Below, piece by piece: positions 38,176-48,111 of a stretch of 64,000 nt of DNA (position 1 is the stretch's first letter; the number at the start of each line of letters is the position of its first letter). The notes under the pieces were generated by a model that saw only the letters and a list, made by a program, of their open reading frames with translations, made no database searches and was not told the origin of the DNA. The stretch covers positions 1,408,001-1,472,000 of the forward strand of contig CAVXGK010000001.1 of the NCBI GenBank assembly GCA_963761305.1, written 5' to 3'. The position numbers and the translations under genes were made by a program. The DNA is from an uncultured Gemmatimonadaceae bacterium. Lineage in GTDB: Bacteria > Gemmatimonadota > Gemmatimonadetes > Gemmatimonadales > Gemmatimonadaceae.

Positions 38176-38772
38176 CTACTGCGGCCTGTGGAAGAGACCC
38201 ACGTAGACCGCCTTGCCGAGCACGTGACCCTGCATCGCCTTCATGACGGCGGCCCGCGTTTCGAGCGCGGCGTTGATCGCCGGCGTCGCTGACGACGGAT
38301 TCACGTCGAGCTTCGCGTCGAGCGCGTACACCTCGAACGTGTAGTGATGCAACGGGCCCGTCGCCGGCGCTCCGGGTCCGCGATAGCCGGGGCCGGACGC
38401 GCTGATCTGGTGTGTGCCGTCGGGCTGATCGCCGGGCTTCATCGCTTCGGGCAATCCGATCGCCGACGCGGGGATGTTCCAGACGATCCAGTGCGGCTGC
38501 GTCTCGGTACCGCGCTGAATCGCGACGTCGGGATCGAGCATGTTGACGACGAAGCTCACCGTACCGGCAGGCACGTTCGTCCATTTGATCTCGGGCGAGA
38601 CCTGTTCGCCGGCCTGCGTGAATTTCGGCGGAATCTGGCTGCCGTCCGGCCACGCGGGAATCGTGAGCACCATCGCCGGACGCGGGGCGGCCGGCGGTGT
38701 GGCCTGTGCCGACAAAGTGGTCGCGCCAGCGATCAACGAAAGCGTCGCCGACAGCGCTCGGGCGAATCTCAT
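38176..38772 (-). CDS. YbhB/YbcL (PEBP, Raf-kinase-inhibitor-like) protein, secreted
   Basis: SPEIKW, DPD, HWIVWNIP, YRGPGAP...HHYTFEVYALD. Confidence 0.9.
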   Translation of the reverse strand: MRFARALSATLSLIAGATTLSAQATPPAAPRPAMVLTIPAWPDGSQIPPKFTQAGEQVSPEIKWTNVPAGTVSFVVNMLDPDVAIQRGTETQPHWIVWNIPASAIGLPEAMKPGDQPDGTHQISASGPGYRGPGAPATGPLHHYTFEVYALDAKLDVNPSSATPAINAALETRAAVMKAMQGHVLGKAVYVGLFHRPQ

Positions 38773-38857
38773 GGGTGGCGTCTCGTGTTTGAGTTTTCGC
38801 CGACAAAGCTGCGCCGCCCGACTCGTTCGCGACAGACGCGCGGCGTACTTTAGTCGC

Positions 38858-40540
38858 GTGACCTCTCGGCGCGAGTTTCTCGAGGCATCGGCCTTCTTCG
38901 CGGCAGCGGCTTCGTTGGCGCGACATCCGACGCTCGCGGGCACGCCCGCTCCGCGCGGTTTCCTCGACATTCATCGCGCGCCGGACGTCGTCGTCGTACA
39001 AACCGCCGATAGCGATCTTCGTCTCGTGAATTCCGGCGGCGATCGTTGGACGAGCGGTGCCGTTGTCGTCACGACGACGCAGCGCGCTGACTCGCTGCAC
39101 CTCTCGCTCGCCGCGCCGAGTGTCGCCGTCAAGCGCGTGCACCTGCGCTGGCGCGGCGATCTGTCGGCGTCACAACTCATCCTCGGCGACGCGTGGGAGC
39201 GCGGCTACGGCGATCTCGAATGGCGCGGGTGGGTGCCGGACCGAGTGATGCCGTGGTACGTCGCGACGAATGACGGATCGCTCACACACACCTACGGCGT
39301 TCGAACCGGAGCGAGCGCTTTCTGCTTCTGGCAGGTGGACCCGGCGGGCATCAGCCTGTGGGCCGACGTGCGGAGCGGCGGAGTGGGCCTACAACTCGGC
39401 GATCGCACGCTGGATGTCTGCGACATCGTCTGTGGGGCCGGACAGCCGGGCGAGTCGGCATTCACCGCGATCCATGCGTTCTGCCGTCAGATGTGCGCGG
39501 CCCCTCGGATTCCGTCGTTTCCACCCTATGGAAGCAACGATTGGTACTGGGCGTACGGAAAGAACACCGCCGAGACGGTGCGTGCGGACGCCGCACACAT
39601 CGTCGAATTGTCGCCGACGGGCACCAACCGGCCATTCGTAGTGATCGACGACGGCTGGCAACCCGGTCGCGGCGCGGACAAGACCGGCGCCGGCACGTGG
39701 GACCACGGCAACGAAAAGTTCGGTGACATGGCGGCGCTTGCGGCGGACGTTCGCCGCGCCGGTGCGCGCCCCGGCGTCTGGGTTCGGCCGTTGCAGGCGC
39801 CGGCGAACGCGCCCGACTCGTGGCGTCTGCCGCGCGATCACGGAACGCTCGATCCCACCGTTCCCGACGTTCGGCAGAAGGTCGTCGACGATCTCACCCG
39901 AATCAGACGCTGGGGCTTCGAGTTGATCAAGCACGACTACACCACGTACGACATTTTCGGCCGTTGGGGATATCAGATGGGTTCCGCGATGACGCGCGAC
40001 GGTTGGACGTTCGCCGCCGGATCGTCGCGCACGACCGCCGAGGTGATCAACGATCTCTATGCGGCGATTCGGAATGGAGCCGGCGACGCGCTCGTCATCG
40101 GGTGCAACACCGTGAGTCATCTGTCGGCCGGCGTGTTCGAGATCTGCCGCGTCGGCGACGATACGAGCGGCACCGAGTGGTCGCGGACGCGGAAGATGGG
40201 CGTCAACACGCTCGCGTTCCGCGGTGCGCAGCACGGCGCCTTCTACGTTGCCGATGCCGACTGCGTCGGCGTCACCAACGCGGTGCCTTGGGCTATGAAC
40301 CGGCAATGGTTGGATCTCTTGTCGCGCAGCGGCACGATGCTCTTCGTTTCGCTGGCGCCCGACGCACTCGGTGCCGATCAGCGCCGCGACCTGAAGGCGG
40401 CCCTCACGCGAGCGGCCGCGCCCCAACCGCTCGGCGAGCCGCTCGACTGGCAACACTCCGTGTATCCCGCGCACTGGAGACTCGACGGCCGCGAGGTCAT
40501 GTACGATTGGGTTGGCGCCGACGGCGCCGGTCCGCCGTGA
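38858..40540 (+). CDS. Tat-exported GH36/GH27-like alpha-galactosidase
   Basis: SRREFL Tat motif; NDWY, IDDGWQ, IKHDY, RVGDD; GTG start 38858. Confidence 0.78.
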   Translation: MTSRREFLEASAFFAAAASLARHPTLAGTPAPRGFLDIHRAPDVVVVQTADSDLRLVNSGGDRWTSGAVVVTTTQRADSLHLSLAAPSVAVKRVHLRWRGDLSASQLILGDAWERGYGDLEWRGWVPDRVMPWYVATNDGSLTHTYGVRTGASAFCFWQVDPAGISLWADVRSGGVGLQLGDRTLDVCDIVCGAGQPGESAFTAIHAFCRQMCAAPRIPSFPPYGSNDWYWAYGKNTAETVRADAAHIVELSPTGTNRPFVVIDDGWQPGRGADKTGAGTWDHGNEKFGDMAALAADVRRAGARPGVWVRPLQAPANAPDSWRLPRDHGTLDPTVPDVRQKVVDDLTRIRRWGFELIKHDYTTYDIFGRWGYQMGSAMTRDGWTFAAGSSRTTAEVINDLYAAIRNGAGDALVIGCNTVSHLSAGVFEICRVGDDTSGTEWSRTRKMGVNTLAFRGAQHGAFYVADADCVGVTNAVPWAMNRQWLDLLSRSGTMLFVSLAPDALGADQRRDLKAALTRAAAPQPLGEPLDWQHSVYPAHWRLDGREVMYDWVGADGAGPP

Positions 40541-40544
40541 CCGG

Positions 40545-42308
40545 CTAGAAAGGCGTACCGACGGCGCCGAGCATGACTCGCCGAACGAGAGGCAGCGGGA
40601 GCGGGCCGATCTTCAAGAAAGTGTCATGGAAGCCCGCCAAAGAGTACGCCGATCCCTGCTTCGCCTTGTAGTCGTCGCGAAGCTTGAGAATCATGAGCTT
40701 GCCCATCGTGTAGTAGCCGTAGAACGCATCCCCCGCCCCACGCTTCGCCTCGGCGACGGCCACCGGATGCGGCTGGTGCCCTTGCGTCTGGAACAACGTC
40801 GTCGCGCTGTCGATCGACAGGCCTTTCGTGTGCAGCTCGATCCCGACGATAAAGCGCACGTCGCGAAGGAGGGCGTCCTGGAGCTGGGCCAGCCTGTACT
40901 TGGGATCGTTGGCGTGAAATCCCTCGTCGAGCATCATCTTCTCGTCGTAGTGCGCCCAGCCTTCGACGTTCGTGTTGGCACCGAACACCTTGCGCACGCT
41001 GGTCGGGAAGTTCTTGGCGTACAAGAACTGGATATAGTGACCCGGATAGACCTCATGCACTGAAACGTTCGAGATGGCGGCGTAGTACCACGCCGCCATG
41101 TACGCGTCCTGTTCCTTCTTGGAGGTCCGCGGATCTGGCAGCGTCACGTTGTAGAAACCTTGCAGCTTCGCCGTCTCGAACGGCCCCGGCGTGTCCATCG
41201 ACGCCGTCGTCGTCGAGCGCATGAAGGGCGGTGTCTCCTTGACGTGCGCCGGGTCGGACGGCGGAATCGTCAGGATGTGGTGCGCGTCGATGAAGCCCCG
41301 TATCGAATCGAGCGTCCCCTGCGTCGCCTCGAGCAGCTTCGCCGCGGGCGGATGGTCGGCTTGCAGCGACGCGAGCACGGAGTCCGCGGGCTTGGTGGCG
41401 TCGAGCTGCGCCGCCGCGACCTTGAACGCGTTTTCGTTCCTGGCGCGGTCCGCCTCGGCGATCGCCAGCAACGAGTCGAGCGGCAGGTCGACCATCTCGC
41501 TCGCGCCGAGCATCTTGGCGTACGTGTCCGCGCCGAGCGCGAACGAGCCGTTCGACTTGGGGAGCAATTCGCGCTGCAGAAACGTCTTGTAGTCGCCGAG
41601 CGCCTTCATCACGCCAGCGTTGGACTGAGCGAACTCGCCGAGCAGCTTCTTGTCCGAAACGTCCTTGAACGCGGCGGGCAGGTCGTTCTTGAAGAACGAG
41701 ATATTGCCGTCAATCTGCTCGATGGCGATCTGCGTGAAGATCTTCGGCGGGTTGGTGAGATTCTTTCGCGCTTCCGCGAACGCGCCGGGCATCGCCTTTT
41801 CACGCTCGATCAGCGACGCCAATCGCTGATCGCCGGGAGCGTATGGCCGCTCCATGATGACGTAGGCGGCGTTCGTGATCCCGCTGCTGTAAGTGTCCGG
41901 ATTCTTCGCCCACGATTGGATCACGCGGTCGGCGAGAATGGTCGCGTCCATCTGGTGGATGAGCCATTCGCGATCGAGCTGCTGGTCGAGCGAGAGCGTG
42001 GCCGAGTCGGTCGCCACGAGTCGCGCGCGAAACGCGCTGTCCGCCTTCGCTTCGCCGTCGTATGACGCCGCGGTGAATCCGTCGAGTCGGCCGTCGAACG
42101 TGTGGATGCCGAGCTGCGTCGCGGCGGACGGATGCCGCTGGTAGTAGTCGGACAGAACTTCCGACGCGAGCGCGGTGAACGCGGAGTCTCCCTTCCCGGT
42201 GGCGGCGACGTTGGCCTCGGAGCCCCCGCTGCACGAGATCGCGGCGGCGGCGGAGACGAAGGCGAGTGCGAAAACCGGAAGCCGAAGGCGCATGATCGAT
42301 GTAGGCAT
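40545..42308 (-). CDS. DUF885 family lipoprotein (metallopeptidase-like)
   Basis: Lipobox AISC; HEVYPGH, EGWAHY, YYTMGKL. Confidence 0.88.
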   Translation of the reverse strand: MPTSIMRLRLPVFALAFVSAAAAISCSGGSEANVAATGKGDSAFTALASEVLSDYYQRHPSAATQLGIHTFDGRLDGFTAASYDGEAKADSAFRARLVATDSATLSLDQQLDREWLIHQMDATILADRVIQSWAKNPDTYSSGITNAAYVIMERPYAPGDQRLASLIEREKAMPGAFAEARKNLTNPPKIFTQIAIEQIDGNISFFKNDLPAAFKDVSDKKLLGEFAQSNAGVMKALGDYKTFLQRELLPKSNGSFALGADTYAKMLGASEMVDLPLDSLLAIAEADRARNENAFKVAAAQLDATKPADSVLASLQADHPPAAKLLEATQGTLDSIRGFIDAHHILTIPPSDPAHVKETPPFMRSTTTASMDTPGPFETAKLQGFYNVTLPDPRTSKKEQDAYMAAWYYAAISNVSVHEVYPGHYIQFLYAKNFPTSVRKVFGANTNVEGWAHYDEKMMLDEGFHANDPKYRLAQLQDALLRDVRFIVGIELHTKGLSIDSATTLFQTQGHQPHPVAVAEAKRGAGDAFYGYYTMGKLMILKLRDDYKAKQGSAYSLAGFHDTFLKIGPLPLPLVRRVMLGAVGTPF

Positions 42309-42394
42309 GGATCGATCATATCTGCCGCCGCCGATGTCCGACAGTGCCGTTGCGGCGCGGGGCGAACGTCGCGGGTACGCCATAGATTGGCATC

Positions 42395-43375
42395 GTGGCG
42401 TCCAGGACTCGTGTCGTGAAGCGCGCGTTGGCCGGTGTGGTCCTCGCCGCGATTTCGATCCCGTCGAGATTGCGCGCTCAAACGCCGGCGCCGGACTCGT
42501 TGCGATTGGTCCTGATGACCGGCGCGACGTGCCACAGCCTCCCGGATCCCGGCTCACCAATCGCCCAGCGGTATCACCTCGGGGACGTCATCGGAGCGTC
42601 GAAGTCCACCAGGGGACTCGGCGGCCGCATTTGGTATTTCGATTCGTGGCGCGTGATGGGCATCTCGCCCATCTGCTGGCTGCCGGCGAACGTCACCGTT
42701 CCATTCAGCCGTGAGCATCCAGAGTCCGGGTTCGCCTCCGTGGCCTCGTACGTCATCGGCCGCGACACCGCGTCATTCGAAACGCTCGTCGACGCCGAGA
42801 ATTTTCTCGTGGACCCGAATCACTACGGGGGCCCCGGCGACTCGCCGCTCGGCACGTCGGGACTCTTGCAGTTCAGACGCCTCCAACTCATCGAACGGGC
42901 CGCGAGGCTGATCGACGCGCACGGGCTCGAGGATGCGCCGCTGAAACGTGCGTGGGTCATCGCCCATCGCGATGTTCTCTATTTCTACGAGCCGGACGCG
43001 ATGTGGTTCATGGCGAACGAGCGATACTGGGCGCTCTACGACGCCAACCAACGCGCGCCGTGGGCTGAAGAGTTGGCGTCGTATGCGTCTCAGCGAATTC
43101 CTCCGAGCGACGAGTGCGGCTCGGATTGTTTTCTGTCAAAGATCGCGGACGGCCCGCAGCAATACTGGACGAGGTTGCCGAACGGTCCATCCATCCGCAA
43201 GGCGCTCGCGCTCGCGCTGCAGCTGGCCGACAACGCGATCGAAGCAATCGACGAAGAGGCGCCGACCCACGCCGCGATCGACGGCGTTCGCTCCTCGCTC
43301 GCGCGCGTCGGCGGGCCGGAGAAACTCGCACTGCTCGATCGGCTCGCGAGGCTCGACCGCGCCGTGAAACCGTGA
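42395..43375 (+). CDS. Secreted hypothetical protein (possible SH3-like N-terminal domain)
   Basis: Signal peptide-like N-terminus; normal composition; -10 hexamer just before start. Confidence 0.7.
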   Translation: MASRTRVVKRALAGVVLAAISIPSRLRAQTPAPDSLRLVLMTGATCHSLPDPGSPIAQRYHLGDVIGASKSTRGLGGRIWYFDSWRVMGISPICWLPANVTVPFSREHPESGFASVASYVIGRDTASFETLVDAENFLVDPNHYGGPGDSPLGTSGLLQFRRLQLIERAARLIDAHGLEDAPLKRAWVIAHRDVLYFYEPDAMWFMANERYWALYDANQRAPWAEELASYASQRIPPSDECGSDCFLSKIADGPQQYWTRLPNGPSIRKALALALQLADNAIEAIDEEAPTHAAIDGVRSSLARVGGPEKLALLDRLARLDRAVKP

Positions 43376-43376
43376 G

Positions 43377-44582
43377 TCAGCGTCCGTACTTCTTCATGGC
43401 GGCCATCAACCGGTCGACCGGTAACGCGTACACGCGCGTGTCGTCGATGCCGGTCATCGTCGCGGCCGCGAGGAGCGCATTGAGAATCGACTCTTCCGTC
43501 GCCTGAACGGTCGCCGTGAACAGCGGATTCATGCGCGCGTTCGGCACCATGTCCACGTGCGCCACGTCGGTCGCCGTCGCCGCGTTCGCGTTGGCGGTCG
43601 AGAACGCGACGAAGATGTCGCCCGAACTATTCTCGCCCTTGCCGCCCATCCGACCGACGCCGAGCGCGACGCGCGTCACGAGACGCTTGAGCTGATGTGG
43701 GAGCAGGGGCGCGTCCGTCGCCACGACGACGATGATCGAGCCGGCGCCGTCGTCGTCGTGGATCTCTTGGCCCGCGCCCGCCTTCGCGTCGCAGCGCGGA
43801 ATGGTCGGGCGGAGCGACGCGTCGCTCGAGGCAATGCAGCGCGTGAGATCCGTGATCTCTTCGCCGACCGGGACGCCCGCGACACGCAGCTCATGACGCA
43901 CCCCGTAGTTGCACTGCACGAGCACGCCGACGGTGTAGCCTCCGGCTGCCACGTCGAGCTTGCGCGACGCAGTGCCGATGCCGCCCTTGAATCCGTGGCA
44001 GACCATCCCGGTGCCGCCGCCGACCGCGCCCTCGAGCACGGGGCCTCCGGTTGCGCCGTCGAGTGCCGTGAAGACGTGCTCCGGCTTGACGTGAAATCCG
44101 TTGATGTCGTTCAGAGAACCGTCGAACGTTTCGGCGACGACCGGCAGCCCCCACGGTTGCAGGCCCGGCCGTTTGACCTGCCACTGCAAGATTGCGTCGC
44201 GCACGACGCCCACCGAATGCGTGTTGGTGATCGCGACTGGTCCCTCGAGGAACCCCGATTCCTGCAACCACGTCGTGCCGGTCATCTCGCCGTTTCCGTT
44301 CAGGGTGAACCACGCGCCCATCACCGGGTCGGCGTTCGCCTTTCCGCGCGGATGGATCACCGTCACACCGGTGCGAACGGGACCCTTGCCGACGACCAGG
44401 CGACCGTTCCCTTCGATGAGCGTCGTGTGCCCCACCTCGACGCCCGCGACGTCGGTGATCGCGTCGAGTGTGCCGGCGGTACCGCCGATCCTGCTGGACA
44501 ATCCGAGGTCGCGTGCGCGCGGCTTGGGCTGTGCCGACGCTGAAATGGCCAGCGACAGCAACAACACGGCGGTTGCTCTCAT
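43377..44582 (-). CDS. DmpA/P1 (S58) family aminopeptidase
   Basis: AITDVAGVEVGH, NGNGEMTG, GGGTGM, G|SIIVVVATDAP autocleavage site, SGDIFVAFST. Confidence 0.92.
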   Translation of the reverse strand: MRATAVLLLSLAISASAQPKPRARDLGLSSRIGGTAGTLDAITDVAGVEVGHTTLIEGNGRLVVGKGPVRTGVTVIHPRGKANADPVMGAWFTLNGNGEMTGTTWLQESGFLEGPVAITNTHSVGVVRDAILQWQVKRPGLQPWGLPVVAETFDGSLNDINGFHVKPEHVFTALDGATGGPVLEGAVGGGTGMVCHGFKGGIGTASRKLDVAAGGYTVGVLVQCNYGVRHELRVAGVPVGEEITDLTRCIASSDASLRPTIPRCDAKAGAGQEIHDDDGAGSIIVVVATDAPLLPHQLKRLVTRVALGVGRMGGKGENSSGDIFVAFSTANANAATATDVAHVDMVPNARMNPLFTATVQATEESILNALLAAATMTGIDDTRVYALPVDRLMAAMKKYGR

Positions 44583-44735
44583 AAGAGGACGGCGGGTTTG
44601 GGTTCGGACGATCATACCGGCGTCCGCGTCCAACCGACAGACCGCGTTGACTGGCGCGGAGGAATGTGGCGCCAACTGCGACGACGCCTAGATTCGGACC
44701 ACCCGTTTCCCGACCACCAGACGAGAGAGTCTTTC

Positions 44736-46769
44736 ATGCGCCCACGCGCCACCGCCATCGCGATGATCGCGATCCTCGCGACCGCGACCACGTTCTCACT
44801 CTCCGCGCAGGCCACGGCGAAGCGCGCCGTCCGCGTCGGCGACATGTACCGGCTGCGCAACGTCGGCGCGCCCGAGATCTCGCCCGACGGTCAGTGGGTC
44901 GCCTACACCGTCACCACGCTCGACTCGGCGAAAGACAAATCGAATACCGATGTCTGGATGACGAGCTGGGACGGCGCGCAGAGCATTCAGCTCACGTCGT
45001 CGCCGGACGCCGAGACCACGCCGCGCTGGAGTCCTGACGGGAAATACCTGTCGTTCCTCTCGTCGCGCGAAGGCGGCAAAGGCTCGCAGCTCTGGCTGCT
45101 CGACCGTCGCGGCGGTGAAGCGCAGCGCGTCACTGAGCTGAAAGATGGCATCGACGACTACGCGTGGGCGCCGGACAGCAAGCGCATCGCGTTGATCATG
45201 CGCGCGTCGCTCGACACGACCGATTCGGCGAACGCGAAACCCAAGCCGATCGTCATCGACCGATATCACTTCAAGGACGACGACAACGGCTACCTCGATT
45301 CGACGCGTGCGCATCTCTACGTGTTCGACATCGCCGCCAAGAAAGCGACGCTGATCACCCCCGGCACGTTCGAGGAATCGCATCCGGCGTGGTCGCCGGA
45401 CGGACAGTCGATCGCGTTCGCGAGCACGCGGCCGCAAGGCGTCGACCCGGACCGCACGAACAACTCCGACATCTTCGTCGTCGACGCGCGAGCCGGCGCG
45501 ACGCCGCGGCGTCTCACCACCTTCGACGGCCCGGACGACGGGCCGCTCTCGTGGAGCGCCGACGGCAAGACCGTCGCGTATCTCCAGGGCAGCGAACCCA
45601 GGTTCTTCGCCTACGACGAGCAGCAGCTCGCGGTGGTGAACGTGAGCGGCGGTGCGCCACACCTTCTCACAGCCTCGCTCGACCGTCCGATCTCGTCGCC
45701 GCAGTTCAGCGCCGACGGAAAATCGATCGTCTTTCTCTACGCCGACGATCGCGCGCAGTACGTCGGCCGGATCGCGTCGACGGGCGGCACCGTGCAACCC
45801 CTGCTGACCGGACGCCGCGTCGCCAGCGGCCTCTCGCTCGGTAAGGACGGCAAGATCGCCGTGCTCGCCGGAACCGCGACGCAGCCCGGCGAGATCTTCG
45901 CGCTCGAGAACGGAACGCTGCGCCAGCTCTCGCACCACAACGACGCGTGGCTCGCCGGGGTGAAGCTGGCGACGGTCGAAGACATCGCGTTCAAGACGAA
46001 GGACGGGAACGACGCGCACGGGTTGCTCATCAAGCCTGCCGACTACACGGCAGGCACCAAATATCCGATGCTGCTGCGCATTCACGGCGGCCCGTCGGGA
46101 CAGGACCAGCATTCGTTCAGCTTCGAGCGCGAACTGCTCGCGGCGAGCGGCTATCTCGTGCTCAACGTGAACTACCGCGGCAGCAACGGGCGCGGTGAAG
46201 CGTACCAGCGGGCGATCTATGCCGACTGGGGCAACAAGGAAGTCGTCGATCTCCTCGCCGGCGTGGACTACGTCGTCGCGTCCGGAATCGCCGATCCCGA
46301 TCGGCTCGGCATCGGCGGCTGGAGTTACGGCGGCATCCTCACCGACTACACGACCGCGACGACGACGCGCTTCAAGGCGGCGATCTCCGGCGCGGGTAGC
46401 GCGCTCCAGTCATCGATGTACGGTGTCGATGAGTACGTCTATCAGTACGACACCGAGCTAGGCCCGCCGTGGAAGTCGCAGGACTTGTGGATCAAGCTGT
46501 CGTACCCGTTCTATCACGCCGATCGTATCACCACGCCCACGCTCTACATGGGCGGCGACAAGGACTTCAACGTGCCGGTGGTCGGCGGCGAGCAGATGTA
46601 CCAGGCGCTGCGCACGTTGAACGTGCCGACGCAGCTCATCATCTACCCGGACCAGCACCACGGTCTCACGCGGCCGAGCTTCAATTACGACCGGCTGTCG
46701 CGATACGTGGCCTGGTATGACAAGTTTCTGAAGTCGGCTCCCGTTCAGGCGGGAACGGTGCGCCCCTGA
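44736..46769 (+). CDS. S9 family peptidase with beta-propeller
   Basis: WSPDG repeats, IHGGP, NYRGS, GWSYGG, catalytic D and H. Confidence 0.92.
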   Translation: MRPRATAIAMIAILATATTFSLSAQATAKRAVRVGDMYRLRNVGAPEISPDGQWVAYTVTTLDSAKDKSNTDVWMTSWDGAQSIQLTSSPDAETTPRWSPDGKYLSFLSSREGGKGSQLWLLDRRGGEAQRVTELKDGIDDYAWAPDSKRIALIMRASLDTTDSANAKPKPIVIDRYHFKDDDNGYLDSTRAHLYVFDIAAKKATLITPGTFEESHPAWSPDGQSIAFASTRPQGVDPDRTNNSDIFVVDARAGATPRRLTTFDGPDDGPLSWSADGKTVAYLQGSEPRFFAYDEQQLAVVNVSGGAPHLLTASLDRPISSPQFSADGKSIVFLYADDRAQYVGRIASTGGTVQPLLTGRRVASGLSLGKDGKIAVLAGTATQPGEIFALENGTLRQLSHHNDAWLAGVKLATVEDIAFKTKDGNDAHGLLIKPADYTAGTKYPMLLRIHGGPSGQDQHSFSFERELLAASGYLVLNVNYRGSNGRGEAYQRAIYADWGNKEVVDLLAGVDYVVASGIADPDRLGIGGWSYGGILTDYTTATTTRFKAAISGAGSALQSSMYGVDEYVYQYDTELGPPWKSQDLWIKLSYPFYHADRITTPTLYMGGDKDFNVPVVGGEQMYQALRTLNVPTQLIIYPDQHHGLTRPSFNYDRLSRYVAWYDKFLKSAPVQAGTVRP

Positions 46770-46790
46770 CTGCGGTGCGACCGGCGCGCG

Positions 46791-47897
46791 TCAGCCGTGC
46801 GACGCGTGCCAGTCGGCGAGGGCCGTCTTCTCGATGTCGGACGTAATGGTGAACCGCGGCTTGAGCCGCCGCGCCTCGGGCACGGTGGGCCACCAGGCCA
46901 GCGTGTCGCGCACCGTCGTCTCGAGCGGACGAAACGTCAGCCCCGCCGTGATCGCTTTGCCGTTGGCGATGCTCATCATTCCGTCGTCGTTGCCCCGGAG
47001 CAGCGCCCACGGAATCGCTTCGTCGATCTTGTGCGCGGCGAGGAAGTCGTAGTCGTCGACGAACGTGAACTTCACGTCGGCATTGATCGCCGCCCGCGCC
47101 GCTTCGTAGAACGCGCGCGCCGTCATCGGGTGTTCGGGCCCGACGGCGTTGAACACGCCCGACCGTTTGTCTTCGACCAGACGCACCATGAATTCGGCGA
47201 GGTCTCGCACGTCGATGAACTGTGCCGGATCGTCGTGTCGCCCAGGCGCGAGCACCTCGCCGCCTTGCGACAACCGCACTGGCCAGTACGGAAAACGGTC
47301 GCTCGGATCGTTCGGCCCGACGATGTACGTCGGCCGCACGACGAGTCCGCGGTCGCCGAACGTGTCGAGCACGATCCGCTCCGCTTGCGCCTTCGCCACG
47401 CCGAATGCTTCCGAGCCGTCCTTCGGATCGTGCAGATCGTAGTGAACGGGTACGATTTCGTCGACGCCACGCGCATGATACGGGTAGTACACGCCGGTCG
47501 ACGACGTGAACAGGTAGCGTCCGACGGAATCCTTGAGCAGCGCCGCGGATTGCCGCACCCAGTCGGCGACGTTCGCCGAGTCGTCGATGCACACGTCCCA
47601 CTTCTTCCCTTCGAGCGCCTCGAGCTTGCCGTTGCGGTCACCCTCGAGGTGGATCACGGAATTCGGAAGATCCGCCTGGTGTCGGCCGCGCGTGAAGGTC
47701 GTGACGCGATGCCCGCGCGCGGCGGCATGGCGAACGAAGTACGGACCGATGAAGCCCGTACCGCCCAGCACGAGGATGTCGAGTTTGTCCGGCGCGCGTG
47801 CAGGCGCGGCGTCGCCGAGGGCAACGCTTCGGCGGAGCGTAGCAAGGGCTCCGCCGGCAAGCGCCGCCGAGAGCAGGAAGTCGCGTCTGGTCTGCAG
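46791..47897 (-). CDS. Tat-exported NAD-dependent epimerase/dehydratase family (atypical SDR); probable CTG start
   Basis: ILVLGGTGFIG Rossmann motif; frame stays open upstream of 47771 through QTRRDFLL to CTG 47897, preceded by GGAGA. Confidence 0.82.
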   Translation of the reverse strand: MQTRRDFLLSAALAGGALATLRRSVALGDAAPARAPDKLDILVLGGTGFIGPYFVRHAAARGHRVTTFTRGRHQADLPNSVIHLEGDRNGKLEALEGKKWDVCIDDSANVADWVRQSAALLKDSVGRYLFTSSTGVYYPYHARGVDEIVPVHYDLHDPKDGSEAFGVAKAQAERIVLDTFGDRGLVVRPTYIVGPNDPSDRFPYWPVRLSQGGEVLAPGRHDDPAQFIDVRDLAEFMVRLVEDKRSGVFNAVGPEHPMTARAFYEAARAAINADVKFTFVDDYDFLAAHKIDEAIPWALLRGNDDGMMSIANGKAITAGLTFRPLETTVRDTLAWWPTVPEARRLKPRFTITSDIEKTALADWHASHG

Positions 47898-48111
47898 AAT
47901 GTCTCCGCAATGGAGTCGGTGGGAAGCTTGCAGCGGCTCCGGCGCGGCGAAAGCGGCTACACGAAAGACTTACAGACCGCTCACGATTTCCACAGCGCGA
48001 AATGAGCCGTTGCGATACGCGGCCTGCTATGACAAGTTCCTAAAGGTCGTTTGGCGTCTCGGGGCCGTGCCGGCGTGACGCGGCCGGACGCCGACTCGTC
48101 ATATTTGACGC

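Noticed and set aside
37411..38292. ORFs crossing the tandem array (37411..38292, 37592..38206, 37635..37883)
   Set aside because: The period is not a multiple of 3, so the frames cycle; these look like by-products of a stop-poor GC-rich repeat, and they have no clear RBS.
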